Source: Pyrobaculum sp. 3827-6
GTDB taxonomy: Archaea > Thermoproteota > Thermoprotei > Thermoproteales > Thermoproteaceae
Length of the DNA: 64,000 nucleotides
Direction: 5' to 3'
Assembly: GCF_025641885.1 (NCBI RefSeq)
Contig: NZ_JAOTQN010000001.1
Coordinates: forward strand, 1,200,547 to 1,264,546
Each line of letters opens with the position of its first letter. The stretch's first letter is position 1. Position numbers and translations under genes: made by a program. The notes under the pieces were generated by a model. That model was given only the letters and a program-made list of their open reading frames with translations, did no database searches and was not told where the DNA came from. Below are positions 29,455 to 38,889 of this stretch, one piece after another.

Positions 29455-31350
29455 CTAGCCTAGGACCGCCTCTCCTATCTTTTCGAAGCGGTAGTTGAGC
29501 CTCCACACCATTCTCCAGCCTACGAGGTACACGCCGTCCTCGGTGAAGAAGGCTCTTTCTGCTGGGAGGTCCAGATCTGCCTTAACTGCGAGCCCCCTTC
29601 CCACCTCGATGAAGAGAGTTCTAAGCCTCCCGTAATGGCCGACGTATGGTATGAAGGCTAGCCTCGTGGAGGGGTCGTAGGCAAAGGCGTGGTGGTCTTG
29701 GAAAACGGGAGGGTAGGCACCGGCTATTGTGATGTTAGACATCTCGCGCGGCGCCGCCGGGTTAGACACGTCGAATAGGGCGATTTTGACGCCGCGCCCG
29801 TGGAGGCCCACCCCTAGCAACAGCCCCTCCCCCACCGGGTGGAGGTATTCCGAGAAGCCCGGGGTCTTGAGGTAGCCGAGCACCCTCGGCCTAGCCGGGT
29901 CGGCCAAGTCGACGGCGTAGAGGGGGTCAACCTGTCTAAAGGTTATTAGGTACATCACGTTCCCCACCAGCCTCGCCGCGTATATCCTCTCCCCCGGCGC
30001 CAGGCCCTCGACAGAGCCCACAAGCCTCCCCCCTTTGTCGAAGACGTAGACGGCGTTTACCGGCTCGCCCTCTGTGATGTAGAGGCGGGGCTCGGGGGGA
30101 CATCTGACGACCACCCTCGCCGGCGTCCGGGTTATGTCTATGACGGGGCACCCCACCGCCCGCCACACATACCCCACGTGGAAGCGGATGGGAGACGCCG
30201 TGGTGGCCACGGCAAAGCCGCCGTCAAACTCCTCTACTGCAAACTGGTCTAGCACCTTCCCAGGCGCCTCGGCCACCGCCTTCAACCTCAGGTGGGGCCC
30301 CTCGCCTTCAAATACATAGATCCTAGTGGCCGTGGTGATATTCGCCCTATTCAAGATGTGGACGACGTCTGTGCCGTTCTTCAGTAGCTCCATTATGGAG
30401 AGGTATAGGAGGAGTGGGTTCGTTCTGTCCAGCCTCTTCTTGACGTCGTCTGGCAGGTGGCCCCACGTGGCGTTGACCGCCTTGGCCAGGTAGTCCGGCA
30501 GGGCGAGGGGGGTGATTACGTATAGGCGGTTGCCCCTCATGTAGACCCTGGGCGTGGAGCCGGCGACGTAGACAGAGGCGTTGAATTGGAGACTTCTCAA
30601 ATCCACCCCGGCGATCACCAGCACCGCGGGCGGCGCTCCGAGGGCGAGCACCGGGGCCTCCTCGACGACGCGGCCGTTGATCTCCACCTTGGCGGGGGAC
30701 TGGGCGACTATGTACACCGCGCCGTCGCTCATCCTCGCCGCCGCCGGCCAGCCCGACAGATTGAACACAGCGAGGCGGGAGCCACTCCCAAGATCGTACA
30801 CGTAGAGGACTGTGTAGCCCCTCGTCTCTCCATACACCAGCGCCCTCCCGCCCCAGACAAATACGTGGCACCCCAGCCCTGGGCACTCCAACGTCTTCAC
30901 CACACGCGGAGTCTTATCCACCACGTAGAGCCTCCACCCCGCCGCCACGTATAGATACTCCCCGTCGAACTTCACATAGTCCTCCTCGTCGACGCCCCAC
31001 ACCTGGACGTTGGCCGCCGACGCCGATTTAAACACGCCAGCCGCCGCAGGCGCGGCGGTTGTTAGATAAACTGCGCGTAGATCAGCCATTATAAAGTCGC
31101 CTTGTTGCAACAGCTCCAGAGCGGCGAGTTTAACAACTGGTAGCCTCGGCGAGGCAGTTGTCTCCGCCGCACCCCCATCGACGTGTATCTTAACTGCGAG
31201 AAGGAGTGCCAGCGCCAGTATAGTCAGCGCCAGAGCCGCAAGCTGGCGAAGCACGGAAATACACCCCTCTCGGCTTATATCCCTAATGTACTGGGAGTAC
31301 ATCCCGAGCGGCTGGGCGTTAAACAATTTGCACAAAGCCTGGAAAAACAT
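29455..31350 (-). CDS. Secreted/membrane-anchored beta-propeller domain protein
   Basis: 631 aa with an N-terminal hydrophobic anchor (LAALALTILALALLLAV), then repeated beta-strand-rich units consistent with archaeal beta-propeller proteins. Confidence 0.55.
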   Translation of the reverse strand: MFFQALCKLFNAQPLGMYSQYIRDISREGCISVLRQLAALALTILALALLLAVKIHVDGGAAETTASPRLPVVKLAALELLQQGDFIMADLRAVYLTTAAPAAAGVFKSASAANVQVWGVDEEDYVKFDGEYLYVAAGWRLYVVDKTPRVVKTLECPGLGCHVFVWGGRALVYGETRGYTVLYVYDLGSGSRLAVFNLSGWPAAARMSDGAVYIVAQSPAKVEINGRVVEEAPVLALGAPPAVLVIAGVDLRSLQFNASVYVAGSTPRVYMRGNRLYVITPLALPDYLAKAVNATWGHLPDDVKKRLDRTNPLLLYLSIMELLKNGTDVVHILNRANITTATRIYVFEGEGPHLRLKAVAEAPGKVLDQFAVEEFDGGFAVATTASPIRFHVGYVWRAVGCPVIDITRTPARVVVRCPPEPRLYITEGEPVNAVYVFDKGGRLVGSVEGLAPGERIYAARLVGNVMYLITFRQVDPLYAVDLADPARPRVLGYLKTPGFSEYLHPVGEGLLLGVGLHGRGVKIALFDVSNPAAPREMSNITIAGAYPPVFQDHHAFAYDPSTRLAFIPYVGHYGRLRTLFIEVGRGLAVKADLDLPAERAFFTEDGVYLVGWRMVWRLNYRFEKIGEAVLG

Positions 31351-31457
31351 AGTGAAGTCTCTTACCCAGCTATAGTGCTGGCTTCTCCGATGATAATATA
31401 TTCTCTTATTTTATCTACAATAGAGTTTATGAATACTTATGTAGCATATTTAAAGAG

Positions 31458-32525
31458 TTGTTTGTTGTGTTTCATATGGTGTTTGCAAAAAACCCGATAG
31501 ATCGCCTCCGTGAACGCGGTTTTGATGTCGGCGACGTGGGGGATGCCCTACGTCTTGCTATTATAGCTGAGCTAGACGCCATCAGCCTGTATCTACAGCT
31601 CGCTAGATATGCAGAAGACGAGAGGGTGCGCAGAGTTTTTCAAGACGTGGCAAACGAGGAGAGGACGCACTTCGGCGAATTCCTCGCCCTCCTCAAGGAG
31701 TACGACCCCCAGCTAGCCGGGGAGCTGGAGGCGGGGGCGAAGGAGGTGCGGGAGCTGGCTGGCGTGGGGGCCGGCGAGGGTAGAGATCCGCCTAGCAACG
31801 GCAGATGGATCAGCCAGCTGGCTAAACAGGTGGCCGACGCCGCCGCCGCGGCGAGGCGGTTTAGGAAAGTGCTCGCTACCTACAACGTGGGACGCGGCGC
31901 CGAGGCTGTGGCCTTTGAAGTGCTGACGAGGGAGGGCAAAGCCGAGAGGAGGATCACGCCATTGAGGGAGCTGAAAATTAGGTTCACCGTGTCGCAACAA
32001 CAAGTCGACCTCGCGCTGTCCAGGGGGGCACCTGTGGAATCTGTCGAGGCTGATAAGGCCGCCGTCAAGCTGGCATATGAAGAAGACGCCGCGGTGCTCG
32101 GCGATCTTCTTAAAAGCGGAGATGTTGTAGAGATTTCCAGCTGGGACAGGCCGGGGTCTGCTGTGCAGGAGGTGGCTAAGGCAGTGGCTGAGTTGTACAG
32201 GAGATACGTCCCCGAGCCCTATGTCCTGTTCGTAAGCCCCGGGAGGTTCGCAAAGCTGGTAGCTGTAGAGGAAAAGACGGGGGTTATGGAGCTCACACGG
32301 GTAAAGACCTTGGTGAGGGACGTGGTGGCGTTGCCACAGCTCAGCGACGACGACGCCCTGCTCATGTCTGTACACCCCTCCGTGGCCGACATAGCTGTGG
32401 GTGTCGACGCCGAGGTCATATACCTAGGCCCGGAGGAGGGGGGACACGGCTTTCTACTACGCGAGACCTTCGCCGTGAGGGTGAAGAACCCCGCCGGCGT
32501 CTTGGCGCTACGGGTAGGTGGGTAG
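31458..32525 (+). CDS. Family-1 encapsulin shell protein with N-terminally fused ferritin-like (Flp) cargo domain
   Basis: The N-terminal ~100 aa carry a ferritin-like/rubrerythrin di-iron signature (DALRLAIIAELDAISLYLQLARYAEDERVRRVFQDVANEERTHFGEFLALL). The C-terminus matches encapsulin (Linocin M18) ends (GVMELTRVKTLVRDVVALP...GHGFLLRETFAVRVKNPAGVLALRV). This is the same architecture as the Pyrococcus furiosus virus-like-particle protein. Confidence 0.7.
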   Translation: MFVVFHMVFAKNPIDRLRERGFDVGDVGDALRLAIIAELDAISLYLQLARYAEDERVRRVFQDVANEERTHFGEFLALLKEYDPQLAGELEAGAKEVRELAGVGAGEGRDPPSNGRWISQLAKQVADAAAAARRFRKVLATYNVGRGAEAVAFEVLTREGKAERRITPLRELKIRFTVSQQQVDLALSRGAPVESVEADKAAVKLAYEEDAAVLGDLLKSGDVVEISSWDRPGSAVQEVAKAVAELYRRYVPEPYVLFVSPGRFAKLVAVEEKTGVMELTRVKTLVRDVVALPQLSDDDALLMSVHPSVADIAVGVDAEVIYLGPEEGGHGFLLRETFAVRVKNPAGVLALRVGG

Positions 32526-32566
32526 TTTTTCTCTAAACTTTATAGGTATGTAGTTACTACATACCT

Positions 32567-33649
32567 ATGTTGTTTAGAGACAGGCCTGCGGAGCGGCTGG
32601 AGGAGCTTTTCGACAGAGAGAGGGAGGTGAGGCGGCTGGTGGAGGCGTTGGGCGGCAGGGCTCTTACCCTGGTGCTGGGGATGAGGCGGGTGGGGAAGAC
32701 TTCGGTGGTTAAGGCGGCGACTTACGGCCGCCTGCGGGTGTACATAGACGCGAGGGTGTTCGAGGAGAGGCCCTACATATCCTACGACGACTTTCTAAAC
32801 GCGCTGAGGGACGAGCTTAGGCGGCTCCTGCCTCTGCACAAGAGGCTGGCTGAGCTCGTGGCGAGGGTCAGGGGTGTATCCGTGGCCGGCGTAGATGTTA
32901 GATTCGATGTGGGGCGGAACGCGCCGCGGCTCGCCGAGTTGCTGGAGGCTTTTGACCAGTGGGCTGGGGAGAGGGGGGAGAGACTGATCTTCATAATCGA
33001 CGAGGCGCAGGAGCTGGTTAAGCTCAGGGGCAGGACTCTGCTCCCGGCGCTGGGCTACGCCTACGACCACCTCCGCAACGTTGCGATGGTGTTCACAGGC
33101 TCCAAAGCCGGGCTGTTGCTGAGGTTTCTCCGGCTGGAGGACCCCCACAGCCCCCTCTTCGGGAGGTACGCCGAGAGGATTGACATCGGCCCCTTTCCGC
33201 CGGAGCTCTCGGCGAGGTTTCTAGAGGAGGGGTTTAGACAGGCGGGGGCGGAGATCGGGAGGGACCTCGTCGAGAGGGCAGTGGAGCTCCTCGACGGGGT
33301 GGTGGGCTGGCTGGCGTACTTCGGCCTCAGAGCCTTGAAAAGCCCCGGGACGGCGCTTGACGAGACTGTGGAGTACGCCAAGAGGCTGGCGGCATCGGAG
33401 TTCTGCCACTTCGTCCAGTACACAGGATCGCGGAGGTACATCCACGTGGCTAAGATCTGCAGACAAGGCGCCAGGTGGTCCGACGTGAAGCGCTACCTCA
33501 CCGCCGCGGAGGGCCGGGAGGTCTCAGACCCCGAGGTCACCAAGTTGCTCACCAACCTGGTGAACTACGGCTTCTTGGAGAAAAGAGGCGATTTATACGT
33601 AGTGGCGGACCCCGCCCTCAGGCTGGCCCTGGGGGATCTGCGTTGCTAG
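32567..33649 (+). CDS. Archaeal ATPase (AAA+ superfamily, Arch_ATPase/DUF234-type with C-terminal wHTH)
   Basis: FDREREVRRLVEAL...LVLGMRRVGKTSVV (Walker A) and IFIIDEAQEL (Walker B). 360 aa. Confidence 0.75.
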   Translation: MLFRDRPAERLEELFDREREVRRLVEALGGRALTLVLGMRRVGKTSVVKAATYGRLRVYIDARVFEERPYISYDDFLNALRDELRRLLPLHKRLAELVARVRGVSVAGVDVRFDVGRNAPRLAELLEAFDQWAGERGERLIFIIDEAQELVKLRGRTLLPALGYAYDHLRNVAMVFTGSKAGLLLRFLRLEDPHSPLFGRYAERIDIGPFPPELSARFLEEGFRQAGAEIGRDLVERAVELLDGVVGWLAYFGLRALKSPGTALDETVEYAKRLAASEFCHFVQYTGSRRYIHVAKICRQGARWSDVKRYLTAAEGREVSDPEVTKLLTNLVNYGFLEKRGDLYVVADPALRLALGDLRC

Positions 33650-34512
33650 CGCTCCCCCTTTAGGATGTGCTGGAGGTGGCTAAGCAACTCCATGGGCACT
33701 ACGATCTTCGTCGACGGGGAGGAGGCCATGTTCTTAAGCGCCTCTAGGTACTGGAGCAACAGGGCGTTCGGCCCCAGCTTAGAGGCGGCTTCGTTAAGCA
33801 GTTCAAGCGCCTTCGCCTGGCCCTCTGCTCTGAGGATAGCCGCCTGGCGCTCCCCCTCCGCCTGGAGGATGGCGGACTGCTTCTGACCCTCCGCCCTCAG
33901 AATCGCGGCTTGCTTCTCGCCGTCTGCCTGGGCGATCATAGCCCTCCTCTCCCTCTCGGCGGCTATCTGCTTCACCATCGCCGACTGCACCGTCGACGGC
34001 GGGATGATCTCCCTAATCTCCACCGCAGTCACCTTCACCCCCCACCTCGCCGTGACCTCGTCCAGCTTAGCCCTGAGCACGGAGTTGATGTACTCCCTCT
34101 TGGCGAGGACCTCGTCCAGCTCTATGTCGCCCACAACGGCTCTAAGCGTCGTCGTGGCTATCCCCACGGCCGCCTGCTTAAAATTCTGCACCTGTGTGAT
34201 AACCTTCTCCGGGTCCACCACCTTTAGGTATATGAGGAGGTCGATGTCCACCGGCGCGTTGTCCTTAGTGATGCACGTCTGCTTCGTCACGTCGATGACC
34301 TGCTCCCTGAGATCCACGGGGTAGGCCTGGTCGACGACGGGGATGAGGAACACCAGACCAGGCCCCCTCAGCCCGACGAGGCGCCCGAGGCGGAAGACCA
34401 CCAGCCTCATAAACTCCGGCACCACGCGTATGGAGGTGGCGAGGACGGCGATCACGACGACGGCAGTCAACAGCGCCGCGATGCCCCAGACAATCTCCGC
34501 CTGCAGTAGCAT
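33646..34512 (-). CDS. SPFH/band-7 (stomatin/prohibitin-like) protein
   Basis: N-terminal TM helix, SPFH core (VVFRLGRLVGLRGPGLVFLIPVVD...) and a C-terminal AAILRAEGQ repeat coiled coil. Confidence 0.85.
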   Translation of the reverse strand: MLLQAEIVWGIAALLTAVVVIAVLATSIRVVPEFMRLVVFRLGRLVGLRGPGLVFLIPVVDQAYPVDLREQVIDVTKQTCITKDNAPVDIDLLIYLKVVDPEKVITQVQNFKQAAVGIATTTLRAVVGDIELDEVLAKREYINSVLRAKLDEVTARWGVKVTAVEIREIIPPSTVQSAMVKQIAAERERRAMIAQADGEKQAAILRAEGQKQSAILQAEGERQAAILRAEGQAKALELLNEAASKLGPNALLLQYLEALKNMASSPSTKIVVPMELLSHLQHILKGER

Positions 34513-34518
34513 ATTGAG

Positions 34519-35766
34519 CTATTTCACCACTTTTTTAACTTTAAGGGTGAGGCCCTCCACCTCCACCACAACCACCTCCGCCCCCCTCTCCACGGCCTCG
34601 TCAGACACAGCCGTCCACTCCTCCCCGGCCACGTACACAACCCCCGGCTGCCCCGGCCCTATCTCCGTCTTGGCCACCCCCCTCGCCCCCATCAGCTGGC
34701 TACGGTAGTCCAGAGGACGCCTCTTCAAAGCCTGCCTCACCTTGTACCCCACGTACGCCACAGCCACCGCCCCAACCGCGGCTAGGCCCGCCGCGGCGTA
34801 TGACGCCCCCTGGGACTGGTAGTAGGGCTGGCCGCTCCCCGCGAAGTACAGCGAAAGGGCAAAGAGGGCCAGGCCCGAGGCGGCCAGGGCCCCGTGGCCG
34901 GCCACCATCTCCCCCACGATAAGCGCCGCGCCGGCCAGGGCGAGGAGAAGAGAGAGGAGGTCGGCCCCCAGCTGGCCCACGAGGTAGAGGGCCAGGGCGA
35001 GGAGAACGCCGCCCACCACGCCCACCCCCTGGAACCCCGCGGCCACCAGCTCGTAGCCGATGAGCACGACACCCAGCAGGATCATAAGCGAGATGAGGGC
35101 CGGGTCCGACAGGGCGTTGAGCAACCTCGCCAGCGGGTCCCGCCTGTACACAGCCGCGAAGCTCCAGCCCTCGGGAGGCGGCGGCTCGGCGATGCCGAGC
35201 TTCACGGCCTCCGCGCCGGTGAGCACCCTGTTCTGCCTCACAAATGACTCCGCGACGTCGACGCGGGAGTCGTTCCACTTGGCGGAGGCCAGGGACCTCA
35301 TCCTAGCCGCGGCGTAGTTCACCACCTTCGGGTCCGGGGGCCTGGGCTCCGCCGCGCCTATCTCAGCCGTCGGCGCCATGTAGATGCGCTTAGCCGCCAT
35401 GGCTATGAAGGCGCCCGCCGACACCGCCTTGGCCCCCTCCGGCACGTAGGCGTACACCGGCACCCCGGCGTTTAGAAACATCTCCACGATCTGGTCCATG
35501 GGGCCGAGGAACCCCCCGTAGGTGTCCAACACCACCACGAGAGGCACCCCGAGCCTCTCCGCCTCAGCCAGCGCGGACCTAGCCAGCGACGCCGCCGTGC
35601 CGTCCACAGTCCCGTCGAGGTAGAGGGCCACCGCCGCCCCCCCGGCCGCCGCGTGCGCCGCGAGGAGGAGAAGCAACCCCAGCCACCTGCCCACGCCCCC
35701 ATCAACAAACAGTTTTAAAAATTGAGGCGCCCAGCACCCCGTGGCCAAGGAGGCGAAGAAGGCCAT
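34519..35766 (-). CDS. NfeD-like membrane-bound serine protease (stomatin operon partner)
   Basis: ClpP-class protease domain (LVVVLDTYGGFLGPMDQIV), central TM helices and a C-terminal OB-fold segment (GVAKTEIGPGQPGVVYVAGEEWTAV). Immediately upstream of the stomatin gene. Confidence 0.75.
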   Translation of the reverse strand: MAFFASLATGCWAPQFLKLFVDGGVGRWLGLLLLLAAHAAAGGAAVALYLDGTVDGTAASLARSALAEAERLGVPLVVVLDTYGGFLGPMDQIVEMFLNAGVPVYAYVPEGAKAVSAGAFIAMAAKRIYMAPTAEIGAAEPRPPDPKVVNYAAARMRSLASAKWNDSRVDVAESFVRQNRVLTGAEAVKLGIAEPPPPEGWSFAAVYRRDPLARLLNALSDPALISLMILLGVVLIGYELVAAGFQGVGVVGGVLLALALYLVGQLGADLLSLLLALAGAALIVGEMVAGHGALAASGLALFALSLYFAGSGQPYYQSQGASYAAAGLAAVGAVAVAYVGYKVRQALKRRPLDYRSQLMGARGVAKTEIGPGQPGVVYVAGEEWTAVSDEAVERGAEVVVVEVEGLTLKVKKVVK

Positions 35767-38283
35767 CAGGGAGAGGATATGGAGGCTAATGGAGGAGAGA
35801 GGCGTCGCCGCCTTCCCCCGCCCCGTCTACGGCAGAATCCCCAACTTCAAAGGCGCTGAGAAGGCCTGCCAAAACCTAGCCCACCTAGACATATTCGCCA
35901 AGGCCGCCGTTGTTAAGATAAACCCCGACGCCCCCCAGAGGCCCTGCCGCGAGGCGGCGATGCACGCCGGCAAGAAGGTGGTGATGCCCACACCCCGCAT
36001 CCGCGAGGGCCTCCTACTCCTAGACCCAGCCCAAATCCCCAAAGCCGCGTACAGAGAGGCATCCACCATCGCCGGCGCCTTTAAATGGGGCAAGCCCGTC
36101 AAGCCCTGGGACCTCCCACCGGTAGACCTCGTGGTGATAGGCTCGGTAGCCGTAAACCCCAGAGACGGGAGGAGGCTCGGAACCTTCGCATATAATCTCG
36201 CTGGGCTCACAACTGGACCAATAGCCTAAGGCCTCCTCTTTTTCCAAGCTTCACAGATTCCCAATTACATGACTCTGACAAAGCGCTCTGTTGGTAAGGA
36301 TTTTGGTTTGTATTTCTTCGCCTAAAGATCTAAGTAGGTAATAATCGCCGATGGAAAGATTTCCGTCTTCTAAAACGACTATTCATAAATTTAAAAATAT
36401 TACATTGTATATGGGCAATTTAGGTATAGATGGCCTATGGCATAAGGACGCGATCAATTGTGCTGAAGAGTGGAGAAGTTACCTTAGCGAATCCTGCGAT
36501 GATCTCATTACAAAGCTAAGGCAAGCCCTAATGCAGGTTCCTAGAGTTATCAGCCGGGGGAAAAGAACCTTGTTTGATTATGGCGATGTAAAGATATCTA
36601 CAGATGGAAAGGTCACTATACTAAAAGTAAAAGGTCAGAATGAGTTAGCAACAAAGCTTAAGAAATTAAAAGGTACTGCAAATATCTCCTCGGATTTCAA
36701 ATATTCATACCTGCTTGGATGGCTTGCTTCAGATGCCTATATTGAGGATATTTATGTCAAAGTCGGCACTACGCAATTTTGGCAATTATCGAAATTAACT
36801 AAATTATTTAATCTAATAAATATTAGAATAAAAGGCTTTAGCCTCACTAAAAAGGGACTGAAACCAATTGTAGAGATATACTGGCGCCTTGACACAAGCT
36901 GGTGGAATGTCACAGTACGGGAAGCGGTATCAGCTCTAAATTCAAATCCACTAATACAAAGGGCTATTAGTGCTATAAACAGCAGGTTAGATGTAAGCAA
37001 CTTTCTCTCTGATTGGAATAGAAGAGCTAGAAGATATGTTTCAGCCTCACTACTTAACAAAAGCGAAAGAGATTTCGGCGCCTTCATGTTGGGATTAATA
37101 GAAGGCGACGGCCACGTAAATGAAAAATACAGTTACGTCTCTATTACCATTGGCGATGAAAAATTGGCAATAATACTAGTAGCGCTTATGTGGAAATTCG
37201 GGTTTACCCCAAGAATATATAGACGTAGAAGATACTACTTGCTTAATATTTATAAACGACAACTTCGCAAACTCGTGACAATCATACCCCCAGAATTGCT
37301 TACAGATTCACCCAAAGCTGAAAATTAGTAAAAATCGGAAGCTTTAAATGGAGCTTCTCTGTGAGAAAAACCAGCACTTCAATAAACGTGATTACATCGC
37401 CTAAAAACCAATTCCAAACTTATCTAACTGTTGAAAAGCTAAAAGAAATAGGCCTAACAGAAAAAATACACTTTACATTTGCAGTGCCATCCCCCCACAA
37501 GAGCGGACGTGTTACTATAAAACACGAAGGATTAAGATACCTAGCATATCTAGCATACCGAAAAAATAACAAAAAAGCACAGAACTTATTAACATATTTA
37601 AAAGAACAAGCACATAAAACTTCTGCTTACCACGCCATAAACAAAATAATTGAAGAGGGACAGCGGTATTCATCAAGAGACCTACCCGAGGACATTACAG
37701 CCGAAGCGCTGATAGATGGGAATAAGTTGCGCATCAATATAAAGCCTCATAACCTCACCATCACGTTCAGAATAGAGAGAAAAAACACCATCGTTGGAGA
37801 GGCGCCAGCCAGAAAGGCAGTGGAAGAGAGGAAACACATCTTAGAAAAGCTACTAGGTAGAAACGTACCAATTAAGCAACATTCCTTTAAGCTAAGCGGC
37901 GGCGATTTCCGGAGGCTACTTGAATACAAACAACTCTTCGACACAATGTATAAGTGGTACATAAACACCCCCTTTTTTCCACACATGAACACGGCTACGC
38001 CGAGCTCGAGTGGGGCATCCTCTCAGCCCTGGGGAAGGTAGGCGAGGACACGCCGGTAGCCACCACGGTACACGACGTGCAACTGGTTGACGACGAGATC
38101 CCTCGCGAGCCCTTCGACCTGCCGGTAGACGTCGTGGCCACCCCAACCCGCGTCATACACACCAAGAGAGTAGACAAGAAGCCCCACGGAATCCTCTGGC
38201 AATACATCACCAAAGAAACGCTCGCGGAAATCCCACTCCTCGCCGAGCTAAAAGAAAAACTCGCAACAAGCCGCACGTCATGA
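35741..38283 (+). CDS. 5-formyltetrahydrofolate cyclo-ligase (MTHFS) gene interrupted by a ~1.8-kb insertion. Exon-like parts are 35741..~36184 and ~37984..38283, in different frames.
   Basis: The N-terminal ORF ends ...DLVVIGSVAVNPRDGRRLG then degenerates. The C-terminal ORF resumes ...HEHGYAELEWGILSALGKVGEDTPVATTVHDVQLVDDEIPREPFDLPVDVVATPTRVIHT, which reads as the GxGxYD and PxxxxDxxVDxxxTP motifs of MTHFS. The parts are separated by 1.8 kb and the frames are 35741 mod 3 = 2 versus 37954 mod 3 = 1. Confidence 0.65.
36185..37983 (+). mobile_element. AT-rich insertion (candidate mobile intron or inserted element) carrying a LAGLIDADG endonuclease ORF
   Basis: Sharp compositional drop from ~60% GC to AT-rich exactly between the two halves of the MTHFS gene. 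It contains two ORFs in the host-gene orientation. Confidence 0.6.
36351..37328 (+). CDS. LAGLIDADG-family homing endonuclease (two-motif, single chain)
   Basis: Two LAGLIDADG-like motifs about 125 aa apart: YSYLLGWLASDAYIE and GAFMLGLIEGDGHVNE. 325 aa. AT-rich codon usage unlike the host. Confidence 0.7.
   Translation: MERFPSSKTTIHKFKNITLYMGNLGIDGLWHKDAINCAEEWRSYLSESCDDLITKLRQALMQVPRVISRGKRTLFDYGDVKISTDGKVTILKVKGQNELATKLKKLKGTANISSDFKYSYLLGWLASDAYIEDIYVKVGTTQFWQLSKLTKLFNLINIRIKGFSLTKKGLKPIVEIYWRLDTSWWNVTVREAVSALNSNPLIQRAISAINSRLDVSNFLSDWNRRARRYVSASLLNKSERDFGAFMLGLIEGDGHVNEKYSYVSITIGDEKLAIILVALMWKFGFTPRIYRRRRYYLLNIYKRQLRKLVTIIPPELLTDSPKAEN
37361..38041 (+). CDS. Hypothetical protein encoded inside the insertion
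   Basis: 226-aa AT-rich ORF that reads through into MTHFS exon 2 out of frame. No recognised family. Confidence 0.35.
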   Translation: MRKTSTSINVITSPKNQFQTYLTVEKLKEIGLTEKIHFTFAVPSPHKSGRVTIKHEGLRYLAYLAYRKNNKKAQNLLTYLKEQAHKTSAYHAINKIIEEGQRYSSRDLPEDITAEALIDGNKLRINIKPHNLTITFRIERKNTIVGEAPARKAVEERKHILEKLLGRNVPIKQHSFKLSGGDFRRLLEYKQLFDTMYKWYINTPFFPHMNTATPSSSGASSQPWGR

Positions 38284-38370
38284 CGCCATCCCCACACACG
38301 CCACGGCCCCAAACACCACGCCGCGCCCGCAGAGCCACACAAAAATATATTTAGCAATTCAGACAGAGAC

Positions 38371-38832
38371 GTGGCAGTCACCATATCTCCCCCCGTGGCC
38401 GAGGTGCTGAAAAAAGCGGCAGGAGATAAAGATCTGGAGGAGTTCCTACTCACACTAGTCGCAGAGCGGCTCGATCCGCCAGAGCGCGTCGAGGCTTACC
38501 TCAAGCTTCATGAGAAGTTTTTGAGGGAGGCTGAGGAGCTGTATCAAAAGGGCGACTTGGTGCAGGCTGGTGAGAAGTACTGGGGCGCCGTAGCCGCTTT
38601 GCTAAACGCATTGGCGGAGAAGCGGGGCTGGGAGCACCACAGCCACAGAGACTACGCAGTCGCGGTAGAGAGGCTGTACGAAGAGACAAGAGACAGAGAG
38701 CTGGTGGTGGGGTTTAGAATGGCCGAGGGCCTCCACGCAAACTACTACCACAACTTCATGAGAAGAGAGGGGTTTGAACTGCACAGAGAGGCCGTATTGA
38801 AGCTTGTGGAGAAGCTGAAGAAATTCCTATAA
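38371..38832 (+). CDS. PaREP1-family protein
   Basis: GEKYWGAVAALLNALAEKRGWEHHSHRDYAVAVERLYEE...MAEGLHANYYHNFM is paralogous to 14066..14551. Confidence 0.65.
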   Translation: MAVTISPPVAEVLKKAAGDKDLEEFLLTLVAERLDPPERVEAYLKLHEKFLREAEELYQKGDLVQAGEKYWGAVAALLNALAEKRGWEHHSHRDYAVAVERLYEETRDRELVVGFRMAEGLHANYYHNFMRREGFELHREAVLKLVEKLKKFL

Positions 38833-38889
38833 AACGCCGCCGAGACCGACGGCGCGGTTAATTTTAAATATGGATACACGAGATACCAC

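Noticed and set aside
29936-30954. ORFs overlapping the beta-propeller gene, e.g. 30347..30886 -
   Set aside because: They are embedded in a 631-aa ORF with coherent repeat structure. The composition is Arg/Gly/Pro-rich.
34700-35708. Arg/Gly/Pro-rich ORFs overlapping the NfeD gene: 34700..35278 -, 34782..35072 -, 34894..35247 +, 35472..35708 -
   Set aside because: GC-rich artefacts inside a gene with clear NfeD domain organisation.
35741-38283. Intein interpretation of the LAGLIDADG insertion in MTHFS
   Set aside because: The flanking gene halves are in different reading frames. The insertion contains stop codons in the host frame and a compositional shift with its own ORF starts. This is incompatible with an in-frame protein-splicing element.
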